Below are positions 31,691-40,418 of a DNA stretch of 64,000 nt, piece by piece; position 1 is the first letter of the stretch, and each line of letters starts with the position of its first letter. The translations under genes and the position numbers were made by a program. The notes under the pieces were generated by a model, which was not told the DNA's origin, ran no database searches, and saw nothing but the letters and a program-made list of their open reading frames with translations. The stretch lies in NCBI GenBank assembly GCA_963719315.1, contig CAVRBU010000002.1:544001-608000 (forward strand), written 5' to 3'. Source of the DNA: an uncultured Planctomycetota bacterium (GTDB lineage: Bacteria; Planctomycetota; Planctomycetia; Pirellulales; Lacipirellulaceae).

Positions 31691-31930
31691 TCAGGGGGTT
31701 CTCCGGCGCAGTTTGCGCTTAGCCTTTGTCGCATTGGGAATCACCGCGGCAATGTTAATAAGTGTTACCACCGGGTTTCCCTTGAAGCCCTTGAAATCGA
31801 CCAATAATCCGGCTGCATAGTCGCCCACGTGAATGAATTCCGGTTTCTCGACGAAGTACTCGCGCCCGTCGTTCATACGAATGAGTAAAGGACAGTCGCG
31901 AATCAGGTCTTTCAATTCATCCGGTTCCAT
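31691..31930 (-). CDS. Small hypothetical protein
   Basis: 79 aa MEPDELKDLIRDCPLLIRMNDGREYFVEKPEFI..., co-oriented with the operon. Confidence 0.6.
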   Translation of the reverse strand: MEPDELKDLIRDCPLLIRMNDGREYFVEKPEFIHVGDYAAGLLVDFKGFKGNPVVTLINIAAVIPNATKAKRKLRRRTP

Positions 31931-31945
31931 TTGGATTATTCTAAC

Positions 31946-32111
31946 GGTGATGTCAAACTTCAATTGCAACACTTTGGAGGCTGATTCGTCGGTTGATTTT
32001 CGAGGCTGCTAGCAATTTGAATCTGGAATTCTCGGGGAATCGGCGCCAGCACTCGAAAACCACTTGAAATCAGCGGTGATGCGTTTGTTGCATTTGAAGT
32101 TTGAACTCACC
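31946..32111. mobile_element. 166-bp MITE / internally deleted IS with IS30-like ends
   Basis: 26-bp IR with 23 matches (GGTGATGTCAAACTTCAATTGCAACA vs GGTGAGTTCAAACTTCAAATGCAACA); TAAC on both flanks. Confidence 0.65.
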
Positions 32112-32187
32112 TAACTGAAAACTCACCTTGCGAACAGTGTGGGGCAGCGGCCCGGTGGATCACGACTAATGATTCAACATGAAGCAT

Positions 32188-33564
32188 TTAGCGCAAACAG
32201 TGGCGGTTGGCCATGGCGATGCCGCTGGTGATGCTGCCGATGATGCCGACGAAGCCTTGGTCGGTGCCGCAGATGAAGAGGTTGTCGAGGTGAGTGCGGC
32301 CGTCCATCTGTTTTTCGGGCGCGCCGTAGACGGCGCCGTTGTCGTGGCCGGAGAAGCGGACGATCGTGGTCGGCGTGAACATGTCGGTATCGATTACGCG
32401 GCCACGGTAGTCGGGAACGAAGCGGACGGCCGATTCCGTGATGCGGTCGTACCAGCGGAGCTTTTCGAGCCGGTAAGTATCTTCGTCGAGCGCGCGCCAG
32501 CGGTCGAAATTCGCGAGCGCGGTGATGCGAATCGAACAGTCGTCGAGCGGCGAATCGTAGGCGAAGTTGTTGGGCGAACAGATCACGCCGCTCCGCACGT
32601 CACACAGTCCCGAGGGCTTTTGCCAGACGAATTCATCGCGGTCGTTGAAGAATGTAATCGTTCGGTCATGTCCGAGCGCGGCGGGTTGGGCATCGAGTGT
32701 GGCAATCGTTTCGCAAAAAGTCAATTGGCCGGGGGCTCGCGAGGTGACGACGGGCTGGCCATCGTCGCAGAGCCGCATCGTCTCGCACCAGCCGGCGGAA
32801 GAAACGACGTTTCGGCATTCCAATTCCTCGTCGTTTTCGAGCACGACGCGGGTGACTCGGCCGTCATTGACGGCGATCCGCTGCACACCACTGCGGAGTT
32901 TTAGCTCGCCGCCGAGGGCGCGAAACTTGCGGACCAGGTGCTTGAGGATCAGCCGCACTCCGGCGGCCGGGCGGCCGAGCCCCTCCAGGAAGATGCTGCG
33001 AAACATGATCGAGAACTGGCCCCAATCCATGTCGTGCTCTCGGGCCGAACCGTAAAACATCAATGGGCAGAATAGCATCTCGACAAGCAGCGGATCGCGG
33101 AGGATCGAGGCCACGACTTCGCGCGCCGAAACGCCGGAATGCGACTCGCTTAAATCGTCGTAGGCGACGATCTCGCGCGAGAGGCGATCGAAGTTGTCGG
33201 CCTCTTGCGGGAATGCCCAAGCGACTTCGTCGCGGAGCGTACGTTCGTTGTTGTCGAACTTGAGCCGCTTGCTCGGGAAGGCGATTTCGGAGCCGAGTTG
33301 CGGAGCGATGGCGAAATCGTCCCATCGAATACGTAATTGGCGCAACAGCCTGGCGAGCGGACCGGTCTTCGTGCCTTTCGGCGTGACATTCGTAAGCGCG
33401 TGCAAACCGACGTCGTAATCGCGGCCGCGGAGGCGGTAGAATGAGTTCAAGCCGCCGATCGTGTAGTGCCGCTCGAGGATGCAAACGCGCTGGTCGTAAT
33501 AGGCCAGCCGGATCCCCGCGGCGAGGCCGGACATGCCGGCGCCGATGATGATGGTATCGTACAT
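32188..33564 (-). CDS. Phytoene-desaturase-family (CrtI-like) FAD oxidoreductase 1
   Basis: MYDTIIIGAGMSGL..LERH..IGG, FTPTTIVRFSG..NGAVYG, NLFICG. Confidence 0.88.
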   Translation of the reverse strand: MYDTIIIGAGMSGLAAGIRLAYYDQRVCILERHYTIGGLNSFYRLRGRDYDVGLHALTNVTPKGTKTGPLARLLRQLRIRWDDFAIAPQLGSEIAFPSKRLKFDNNERTLRDEVAWAFPQEADNFDRLSREIVAYDDLSESHSGVSAREVVASILRDPLLVEMLFCPLMFYGSAREHDMDWGQFSIMFRSIFLEGLGRPAAGVRLILKHLVRKFRALGGELKLRSGVQRIAVNDGRVTRVVLENDEELECRNVVSSAGWCETMRLCDDGQPVVTSRAPGQLTFCETIATLDAQPAALGHDRTITFFNDRDEFVWQKPSGLCDVRSGVICSPNNFAYDSPLDDCSIRITALANFDRWRALDEDTYRLEKLRWYDRITESAVRFVPDYRGRVIDTDMFTPTTIVRFSGHDNGAVYGAPEKQMDGRTHLDNLFICGTDQGFVGIIGSITSGIAMANRHCLR

Positions 33565-33569
33565 GTGGG

Positions 33570-33637
33570 GCGAGGAGTGAGTTGCGAGGAGCGAGTTATT
33601 TTTTAACTGCGATCTCGCTCCTCGATCCTCGCTCCTC
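33570..33637. repeat. Heptamer-period hairpin between ACP and oxidoreductase 1
   Basis: GCGAGGA-type units facing TCCTCGC-type units around an AT-rich loop. Confidence 0.6.
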
Positions 33638-33646
33638 ATTGCTTCC

Positions 33647-33913
33647 TCACACCTTTTCGCGCTCGATATCTTTCATGAGCGGTTCGAGGTAGGCGACCGT
33701 GCTGCTCATGCTGGCCAGATTGATATAATCGTCTTCCGCAATCTGGATGCGGTGGCGCTTACGGAGCTCCATCACGATATCGAGAAAGTCCATGCTATCG
33801 AGCTCCAATTGCTCGCGAAAGCGGACATTATCGTCGAGCTGCGATAGATCCTCATCGGGCGCGATATCGCTCAAAATATCCAAAACTTCTTCTCTGATTT
33901 CAGCGGGCGTCAT
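33647..33913 (-). CDS. Acyl carrier protein
   Basis: 88 aa acidic, LELDSMDFLDIVMEL phosphopantetheine site. Confidence 0.92.
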   Translation of the reverse strand: MTPAEIREEVLDILSDIAPDEDLSQLDDNVRFREQLELDSMDFLDIVMELRKRHRIQIAEDDYINLASMSSTVAYLEPLMKDIEREKV

Positions 33914-33973
33914 GTAGGGTCGAGAGGCTGGGGACGAGGGTCGAGGGTTTTGGCTGCGAACTTCGTCCAGTGG

Positions 33974-35218
33974 TCATACTTTTCCAATAATTACGACTGA
34001 GTTGATCCCCAACATACCAAATGAGTTGTTGAGAATATAGCGGACGCTTTGCCGGACGCGGGGCTCGTTGAGCGCCAGGCCGGGGAGGGCGCATTCGGGG
34101 TCGAGGCGGTCGACATTGATCGTTGGATGGCAAACGCCGTCGTCGAAGGCCGGCAAATTGCCGGCCAGTTCGAGGGCCCCGGCGGCTCCCATCGCGTGGC
34201 CGATAAAGCTTTTTGTGTTGTTCACGGCCGGTTGCGAGCCGTTGCTGAAAACCTGTCGCAGGGCAATGCATTCTTGCACGTCGCCGCTGTCGGTGGCCGT
34301 GGCGTGCGTGCTGACGAGGTCGACATCCGAAGCGTTGAGTTGTGCTTTGTTGAGTGCCATGTTCATGCAACGGGCTTGCTGCGAGGGATTCGGCAGGACG
34401 AAATCACTAGCGTCGCTATTCATGGCGTAGCCGACGAGCTCACCGTAAATCTTCGCCCCGCGGCGGCGGGCATCGTCGAATCGCTCCATCACGTACAGGC
34501 AGCCACCTTCGGAGACGACGATGCCGTTGCGATCCATATCGAACGGCCGTGAGGCTTTTGTTGGATCGTCATGTTTGGCGAGCGCGCCCTGGCTGGCGAA
34601 GCCGGCGAAGATACCGAACGTGCGAATGCTCTCGGAGACGCCACCGGCGAGTGCGACGTCGCATTCCCCCAGTCGGAGCATTTGAGCGCCTTGAATCATG
34701 CCGGCGTTGCCGGCCGCGCAGGCGGCGCCGAGCGTGTAGTGCGGGCCAGTGATGCCCATGTTAAGCGTGATTTCGCCGGCTGGGTTGTTGGCGACCGTCC
34801 GCGGGTTGTGGTGGTGGGACCACACCGACGTGTCGTAGTCGTAGCCTTTGATTTCGTAGATTTCATTTTCGGTTTCGACGTTGCCGTGCTCGGTGACGCC
34901 GATGTAAACGCCGACTCGCTCGCGATCGACGTTGGCCCAATCGAGCCCGGAGTCAGCGACCGCTTCCTGAGCACAATAGATGCTAATGCTGCCAGCCCGC
35001 GTGCCCCGGCGAACTTCCTTCTTCTTCTGGTACTTTAGTTCGTCGAAGTTGCAAATCCCGGCCAGCGTTTCGCCGACGTAGCGGATGTCGTACTTCTGCA
35101 CGCCGCTGCGGCCCGCAAGAAGCGCTTCGCGAAACTCGGGCAGCGAGTTGCCATTCGGCGCCGTGAGGCCGATGCCGGTGATGACAATCCGTTGGTGGTC
35201 GTCGGCTGCGGTGGTCAT
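33974..35218 (-). CDS. fabF: Beta-ketoacyl-ACP synthase (FabF/KAS II type)
   Basis: RIVITGIG, AACAAG (Cys), SRPFD..RNG, THATAT, KSFIGHAMGAAG, NNSFGMLGIN. Confidence 0.92.
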   Translation of the reverse strand: MTTAADDHQRIVITGIGLTAPNGNSLPEFREALLAGRSGVQKYDIRYVGETLAGICNFDELKYQKKKEVRRGTRAGSISIYCAQEAVADSGLDWANVDRERVGVYIGVTEHGNVETENEIYEIKGYDYDTSVWSHHHNPRTVANNPAGEITLNMGITGPHYTLGAACAAGNAGMIQGAQMLRLGECDVALAGGVSESIRTFGIFAGFASQGALAKHDDPTKASRPFDMDRNGIVVSEGGCLYVMERFDDARRRGAKIYGELVGYAMNSDASDFVLPNPSQQARCMNMALNKAQLNASDVDLVSTHATATDSGDVQECIALRQVFSNGSQPAVNNTKSFIGHAMGAAGALELAGNLPAFDDGVCHPTINVDRLDPECALPGLALNEPRVRQSVRYILNNSFGMLGINSVVIIGKV

Positions 35219-35260
35219 CCATCGTACGTCAGCCTTTCCAAGCTGACGCTATATCGGTGT

Positions 35261-35324
35261 TCGAAGCCCGCCGCGCGAGCAAGGGAGGCAACGTGAATCC
35301 CCTTGCTCGCGCGGCGGGCTTCGA
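35261..35324. repeat. REP-like perfect 25-bp inverted repeat upstream of fabF
   Basis: TCGAAGCCCGCCGCGCGAGCAAGGG / CCCTTGCTCGCGCGGCGGGCTTCGA. Confidence 0.75.
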
Positions 35325-35421
35325 TCCACGTTCTCTTGGACGGGAGTGAAACTTTGAACCTATCGGGAAAAGCAGGGTTTGGCAAGGTGCTGGACGACGG
35401 CGAGTGGCCGACGCGATTGCG

Positions 35422-36510
35422 TTAATGATCGTTGATTCCCAGGTGTTTTTGAAAAGCTTGGCGCTGCTTGTCGCGCCCGTGCGCATCCGTGATTTCTTCC
35501 CATCGGTCGGCGTCCTTTTGAAGCGCGGCGGCCGGAGCGACCTTATCGGCTACGACAGATTTGACGGCGTCGTCGAGCGCGGCAAGGTATTCGTCGATGC
35601 CGGGGATGCGAGGAATGAGCAGTGCTTGCTGTCCGCTGAGTGCGGCGTCCAGTTCCTTGCCCCGCTCAGCCCGGTCGCTGGCGCCGAGCGTCGAATCGTA
35701 CCAATCCGCAGCCGACGCGAGCGAGCGTCGCGCCGGCAGTTGGCGATCGCCAAGTTTGGCGAACTGCGAACTGATGTCAGCCTGCGCGATCCACTCGAGC
35801 AGTTTGAACGCGCTGGCAGCGTTATGGGAAGAGGACGTGACCGCCGCCATTCGATCGCCGTAGCCGAGCACGGGGATGTGCGGGCCGTCTTTCAGGTGCT
35901 CGGCATTGGTTTCCGAATTGGTCGCGGCGAGTTTTGTCAGCGCATCGACAAACGCCGGTTCGGTGATTCGCGGCTTCATAGTTTCGCTGTCGAACAGGAC
36001 GCCGAGCCACTCATTCGATATGGCACCGGGAGCTGCCATCGCCAACAGCGATAGGGCTCTCGGTTCGCCGGCCGCCCGGTCCAACGACGCGGCATCAATT
36101 CCGAGCGGGAGCGCCATCACCTGGCCGCCCCATTTCACGAGCTCGCTGCGGACGAGCGGAAAAAAGTCGGCCGACTTCAGCTCATCGCTGTCCAGAACGC
36201 TGGGCCGCACCGGACGCAATTGGCCGCGAACGCACAACTCGCCCAGGTAGCGCGACGGAAAAATGACCACGTCGGCGTCCACATCCTTTGCCCCGCTGAG
36301 TTCCTTCCAGGTGGCGCCGAACGCCGCTACCTCGCCGCCGGAGCGCTCGGCCCATTCGCCCCGCAGGCGGTTGATTCCTTCGACTAACGCAGGCTCATTC
36401 ACGACCAGCACGCGCAATGCTACACTTGCCCGCGGCGTGGCGGGGGACGGTTGGGACGTCGTTTCGCGGGGACATCCTGTTACGAGTATGGTTGTGGCTA
36501 TCAGTAGGCA
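35422..36510 (-). CDS. Extracellular solute-binding-like lipoprotein (start uncertain)
   Basis: Lipobox-like LVTGC, DVVIFP..LGEL, VMALPLG, AAFKLLEWI, PRIPGIDEY. The ORF's N-terminal extension is made of repeat sequence. Confidence 0.7.
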   Translation of the reverse strand, partial: CLLIATTILVTGCPRETTSQPSPATPRASVALRVLVVNEPALVEGINRLRGEWAERSGGEVAAFGATWKELSGAKDVDADVVIFPSRYLGELCVRGQLRPVRPSVLDSDELKSADFFPLVRSELVKWGGQVMALPLGIDAASLDRAAGEPRALSLLAMAAPGAISNEWLGVLFDSETMKPRITEPAFVDALTKLAATNSETNAEHLKDGPHIPVLGYGDRMAAVTSSSHNAASAFKLLEWIAQADISSQFAKLGDRQLPARRSLASAADWYDSTLGASDRAERGKELDAALSGQQALLIPRIPGIDEYLAALDDAVKSVVADKVAPAAALQKDADRWEEITDAHGRDKQRQAFQKHLGINDH

Positions 36511-36513
36511 GCG

Positions 36514-36603
36514 AAGACAAGGAGACAAGGAGAGGGGGAGACAAGGAGAAAAAAAGGCAACGGATTCCTCTCCTTGTCTACTTGTCTCCTTGTCTCCTTG
36601 TCT
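36514..36603. repeat. Octamer-period hairpin
   Basis: (AGACAAGG)n arm facing (CCTTGTCT)n arm. Confidence 0.75.
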
Positions 36604-36658
36604 TGAACGCCGATCCATAGAACGATCCATTTCGAGCATCTAAGCGAGAAACCTTACA

Positions 36659-38188
36659 ATGAGCGTCTACCTGGGCATCGACATCGGTACATCTGGCACC
36701 AAAACTCTGGCGATCAACGCCCGCGGAAAAATCCTTGCGTACGCGACTGCAATCTACCCTTGCTACCATCCCAAACCATTGTGGAGTGAGCAAGACCCGA
36801 ACGACTGGTGGCAGGCGACCGTGAAGACCGTGCGTGCGGTTGTGAAGCAGGCCAAGGTCAAGCCGGGCGACGTGCGAGCAATTGGACTCTCCGGGCAGAT
36901 GCATGGCTCTGTGTTTTTGGATAAGAACAATCGCGTGGTTCGCCGCGCGCTGTTGTGGAACGACCAGCGAACGGCGGCCGAGTGTGAAGAAATCGAAAAG
37001 CGGGCCGGCGGTCGCAAGAAGCTGATCGAAATGGTCGCCAACCCGGCACTCACCGGCTTCACCGCGCCAAAGATTCTGTGGCTCCGCAACCACGAGCCGA
37101 AGAATTTCGAAAAGACAGTAAAAATCTTGCTGCCGAAGGACGAAATTCGCCGCCGGCTCACCGGCGAATTTGCGACAGAAGTCAGCGACGCCAGCGGCAT
37201 GTTACTCCTTGATGTGGTGCATCGTCGCTGGTCCAAGGAACTACTCAGCAAGCTCGACTTGGATCAGAGTTTATTCGCGCCGTGCTTCGAATCGGAACAG
37301 GTGACGGGCCGATTGACGCGCGAGACGGCCAAGTCGCTCGGCCTGTCGACCGATTGCATGGTCGTGGGCGGCGCGGGCGATTGCGCGGCCGGCGCCGTAG
37401 GTAACGGCATTGTGCGGCCGGGCGTGCTGTCGACGTCGATTGGCACCTCCGGCGTGGTGTTCGTCCACAGCGAAACACCGCAGGTAGATCCGGAAGGTCG
37501 CCTCCACACGTTCTGCCATGCGGTGCGCGGCAAGTGGCACATGATGGGCGTCACGCTCGCGGCCGGTGGATCGCTGCAATGGTTCCGCAACGCGGTCTGC
37601 CAGACGTTGGCGAATGAGGCGAAGCGTCGCAAGATCGACGCCTACGACGTACTCACCGAAGAAGCGGCCGTCACGCCGCCCGGAGCCGAAGGACTTTTTT
37701 TCCTGCCCTATCTCGCCGGCGAACGCACGCCGCACGCCGACCCGAACGCCCGCGGCGCGTTCGTCGGGCTGACGCTCAAACATTCGCGCGGCCACCTGGT
37801 GCGGTCGATTATGGAAGGCGTCACGTACTCGCTCCGCGATTGCCTGGCGATCATCGAAGAACTCGGCGTGGCCGTGAAGCAGGTCCGGGCCTCCGGCGGC
37901 GGAGCGAAGAGCCCGTTCTGGCGACAGATGCAAGCCGACGTGTTTGGAAAGACCGTCGTGAAGATGGCAGCCGACGAAGGCCCGGGCTACGGCGTCGCAC
38001 TACTGGCGGCGGTGGCAGCGGGCGAGTTCAAGGACGTGGTCGAGGCTTGTGAAGCGACGGTGAAGACTACGAGTCAAACCAAACCCGCGGCCACAGCGCG
38101 GCGCGTGTATGATAAGGGCTTCCCGGAATTTCAGCGGCTATATCAATCGTTACGCGAGGATTTCAAGAGGATTGCAGCCATAAGCTGA
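36659..38188 (+). CDS. xylB: Xylulokinase (FGGY family)
   Basis: LGIDIGTSGTK, GLSGQMHG, LWNDQR, GFTAPK, SDASG, YLAGERTP, GGGAKS. Confidence 0.9.
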   Translation: MSVYLGIDIGTSGTKTLAINARGKILAYATAIYPCYHPKPLWSEQDPNDWWQATVKTVRAVVKQAKVKPGDVRAIGLSGQMHGSVFLDKNNRVVRRALLWNDQRTAAECEEIEKRAGGRKKLIEMVANPALTGFTAPKILWLRNHEPKNFEKTVKILLPKDEIRRRLTGEFATEVSDASGMLLLDVVHRRWSKELLSKLDLDQSLFAPCFESEQVTGRLTRETAKSLGLSTDCMVVGGAGDCAAGAVGNGIVRPGVLSTSIGTSGVVFVHSETPQVDPEGRLHTFCHAVRGKWHMMGVTLAAGGSLQWFRNAVCQTLANEAKRRKIDAYDVLTEEAAVTPPGAEGLFFLPYLAGERTPHADPNARGAFVGLTLKHSRGHLVRSIMEGVTYSLRDCLAIIEELGVAVKQVRASGGGAKSPFWRQMQADVFGKTVVKMAADEGPGYGVALLAAVAAGEFKDVVEACEATVKTTSQTKPAATARRVYDKGFPEFQRLYQSLREDFKRIAAIS

Positions 38189-38298
38189 CGACGAGTGATG
38201 TTTCTGTGACACAGAGAATCTGCCGACGTAGCTAAACGCATTTCCGGAGTCGGAAATCCGATTCCGCTGAAAGTTGACGACATGGATGAGGTAATTCC

Positions 38299-38496
38299 GT
38301 GAAACTCAAGAACGACATCGAGGTAGCCAACACTCGCTCCAAGCTTTCCAGTCTTGAGGCTCGGTACGAAACTCTTCTCAATAAACCGAGCAAGGACGAT
38401 GAGTTACGGGCTGCTACGTTGCGTTCGCTGAAGCGCTACAACAATCAGTTTAAAGAAGAAATCGCGCGTTACGAGGCGCATCAGACGACAGGGTGA
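38299..38496 (+). CDS. Small coiled-coil hypothetical protein
   Basis: 65 aa, GAGG RBS before GTG, lower GC than flanks. Confidence 0.55.
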   Translation: MKLKNDIEVANTRSKLSSLEARYETLLNKPSKDDELRAATLRSLKRYNNQFKEEIARYEAHQTTG

Positions 38497-38550
38497 ATCG
38501 ATTGCCAATTTCCGGTGCGGCCACTGCGCCATATTAGAGCAGCAGCGATC

Positions 38551-38886
38551 TTATGCTGTCGCGTCGTCTGCTGTGGGCGTGCCGAATTGCGGCAGGCCTT
38601 CGCCGAGGAATCCGAGAATCGGCGTTTTCGCTGGCGAGCCCCCGCTGGCTTTTGCCGGCTGGGCATAATGCGAAATCAAATCCGAGTGCAATTGCACACA
38701 GCGGATGTAGCTGTCGCGGGCCGTGCTGTCGTTGAGCAGCCGGTCTTCCAGTTCCGCCATTTCCTCGCCGGCAATGTGCTCATCGAGGAGCGCCCAGCTT
38801 AGTTCATGCACGCGATCGAGCGTGTCGGATTCGCCGTCGCTGCCAGACTGCTGGGAATTTTGGGGGTTCTGTTTTGAATGATCCAT
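38551..38886 (-). CDS. Small protein resembling the N-terminal domain of FecR-like anti-sigma factors
   Basis: ELSWALLDEHI..EMAELEDRLLNDSTARDSYIRCVQLHSDL; no TM segment. Confidence 0.5.
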   Translation of the reverse strand: MDHSKQNPQNSQQSGSDGESDTLDRVHELSWALLDEHIAGEEMAELEDRLLNDSTARDSYIRCVQLHSDLISHYAQPAKASGGSPAKTPILGFLGEGLPQFGTPTADDATA

Positions 38887-39187
38887 GGTTCTGCTGCTGC
38901 CCTTCTTCACTGAAAAAGACTTGCGCCTAGAAGCCATTACGTTCGAGCCGAGCAAAAAGGTCGGCCCGCCATTCCCTAAAAGAGCAAAATCGGTGCCGGG
39001 GGGGGTTCAGCCGCGGCTACGAGGCGTATCGTCTTGCCCGGTGGGATTCGTAGAAGAATTCTGCCAGCGCAGCAAGAGAAAATGGTGAAGTTGCGGGGAA
39101 AAACGGCCGCTGGGGCACGAATTGGCACGTCGTGCGACGGACTTCAGTCCGTCTTTCACCCAACCAAACGGACTGAAGTCCGTGTTA

Positions 39188-40306
39188 CTACCGCTCACCG
39201 ACCGGTTTCCAGGGCCGGCGGGCGGGGCCGATATAGCGGGCTCGGGGGCGAATGAGGCGGTTGTTGTCGAGCTGCTCGATGATGTGCGCACTCCACCCGG
39301 CCACGCGGCTTAACACGAAGAGCGGCGTGTACAGTTCGACTGGCAGATTCATGTAATGGTACAGCCGGCCGGAGGGCCAATCGAGATTCGGCGGCAGCTT
39401 CTTCTCTTCCCAGATGACGCGCTGGATGACGTCGGCCGTCGTTTCCAGGTCTTCGTTCCCGGTTTCCTTCGCCAGTTCGTTGCAGAGCTCCTTCAAGTAC
39501 ACCGCTCGCGGATCGCCGTCTTTGTAGACGCGGTGGCCGAAGCCCATGATCTTTTCCTTGCGCGCGAGTGCGCCGCGAATCCACGTCTCGGCGTTCTCCT
39601 TCTTGCCGACGGCACCGAGCACGTCCATGACCTTCTCATTCGCGCCGCCGTGGAGCGGGCCCTTGAGCGCGCCGATCGCGCCGACGACTCCGGAGTGCAA
39701 ATCGGCAAGGGTCGAAACAATCACGCGAGCAGCAAATGTTGACGCGTTGTACTCATGCTCGGCGTAAAGAATCAGCGATACGTCCATCGCTTTGACGTGA
39801 GCGGGCGACGCATCGGCGCGAAACAACATGTGCAGGCAGTTCGAAGCCAACGACCGGCCACTTTCGGCGGCGACCGGCTCCTTGCCCTGCTTCGAGCGAT
39901 GCCGGGCCGCCATCACGACGGGTAGTTGCGCGAGTAGCCGCTCGGCCTTCCGCAAGTTGGCGTCGTGGCTATTGTCGCCTACCTCTGGATCCCAGTGGGC
40001 CAGCATGCTCGCGGCCGAGCGGAGAACGTCCATCGCTGAAGCGGCCGGCGGAATTTTGCGAATCGTTTCGATGATCGGCACGGGCACCTGCGACGCCGCC
40101 GAGAGGCGTTTTTTGAACCCGTCCAGCTCCTCGGCATTCGGCAATTCGCCGTACAGCAGGAGGTAGGCGACTTCCTCAAACGTGCCATCGCGCGCCAAAT
40201 CCTCGATCGAGTATCCGCGATAGCTAAGTCCGCCGGAAACGGTGCTGATCGCCGTTTCGCCGGCGATCACGCCTTCAAGACCAGGGCTGTAGATTTCTTC
40301 AGGCAT
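39188..40306 (-). CDS. prpC: 2-methylcitrate/citrate synthase
   Basis: GLEGVIAGETAIS, YAEHEYNAST, KGPLHGGANE, MGFGHRVYKDGDPR, PNLD; directly downstream of prpB. Confidence 0.85.
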   Translation of the reverse strand: MPEEIYSPGLEGVIAGETAISTVSGGLSYRGYSIEDLARDGTFEEVAYLLLYGELPNAEELDGFKKRLSAASQVPVPIIETIRKIPPAASAMDVLRSAASMLAHWDPEVGDNSHDANLRKAERLLAQLPVVMAARHRSKQGKEPVAAESGRSLASNCLHMLFRADASPAHVKAMDVSLILYAEHEYNASTFAARVIVSTLADLHSGVVGAIGALKGPLHGGANEKVMDVLGAVGKKENAETWIRGALARKEKIMGFGHRVYKDGDPRAVYLKELCNELAKETGNEDLETTADVIQRVIWEEKKLPPNLDWPSGRLYHYMNLPVELYTPLFVLSRVAGWSAHIIEQLDNNRLIRPRARYIGPARRPWKPVGER

Positions 40307-40309
40307 GGA

Positions 40310-40418
40310 AGGTCGAGGTTTGAGGGTCGAGGGTCGAGGGCCAGATTTAGAGGATGCAGGGGCGGGGGCAAGGGATGAAAGACATCCGGGCCCCCTGCAT
40401 CCCGTATCCTGCATCCTC
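40310..40418. repeat. Heptamer repeats and hairpin between prpB and prpC
   Basis: (GGGTCGA)n units plus AGGATGCAGG / CCTGCATCCT arms; similar GGGTCGAG units occur at 33917-33948. Confidence 0.6.

Noticed and set aside
28439..33564. Carotenoid biosynthesis cluster
   Set aside because: No phytoene synthase, prenyltransferase or cyclase nearby; the neighbours are ACP-dependent fatty-acid enzymes.
26603..35218. Ladderane biosynthesis cluster
   Set aside because: No radical-SAM or methyltransferase genes and no anammox markers are present; only a partial analogy can be supported.
27431..36603. CRISPR array or integron attC array
   Set aside because: Repeats are not identical, not regularly spaced and not separated by unique spacers; no cas or integron integrase gene is present.
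36510..36639. N-terminal ORF extensions of the solute-binding protein (also prpC, oxidoreductase 1, skp)
   Set aside because: They are translations of intergenic periodic repeats (e.g. SPCLPLSLSPCL); downstream starts fit homology or RBS position better.
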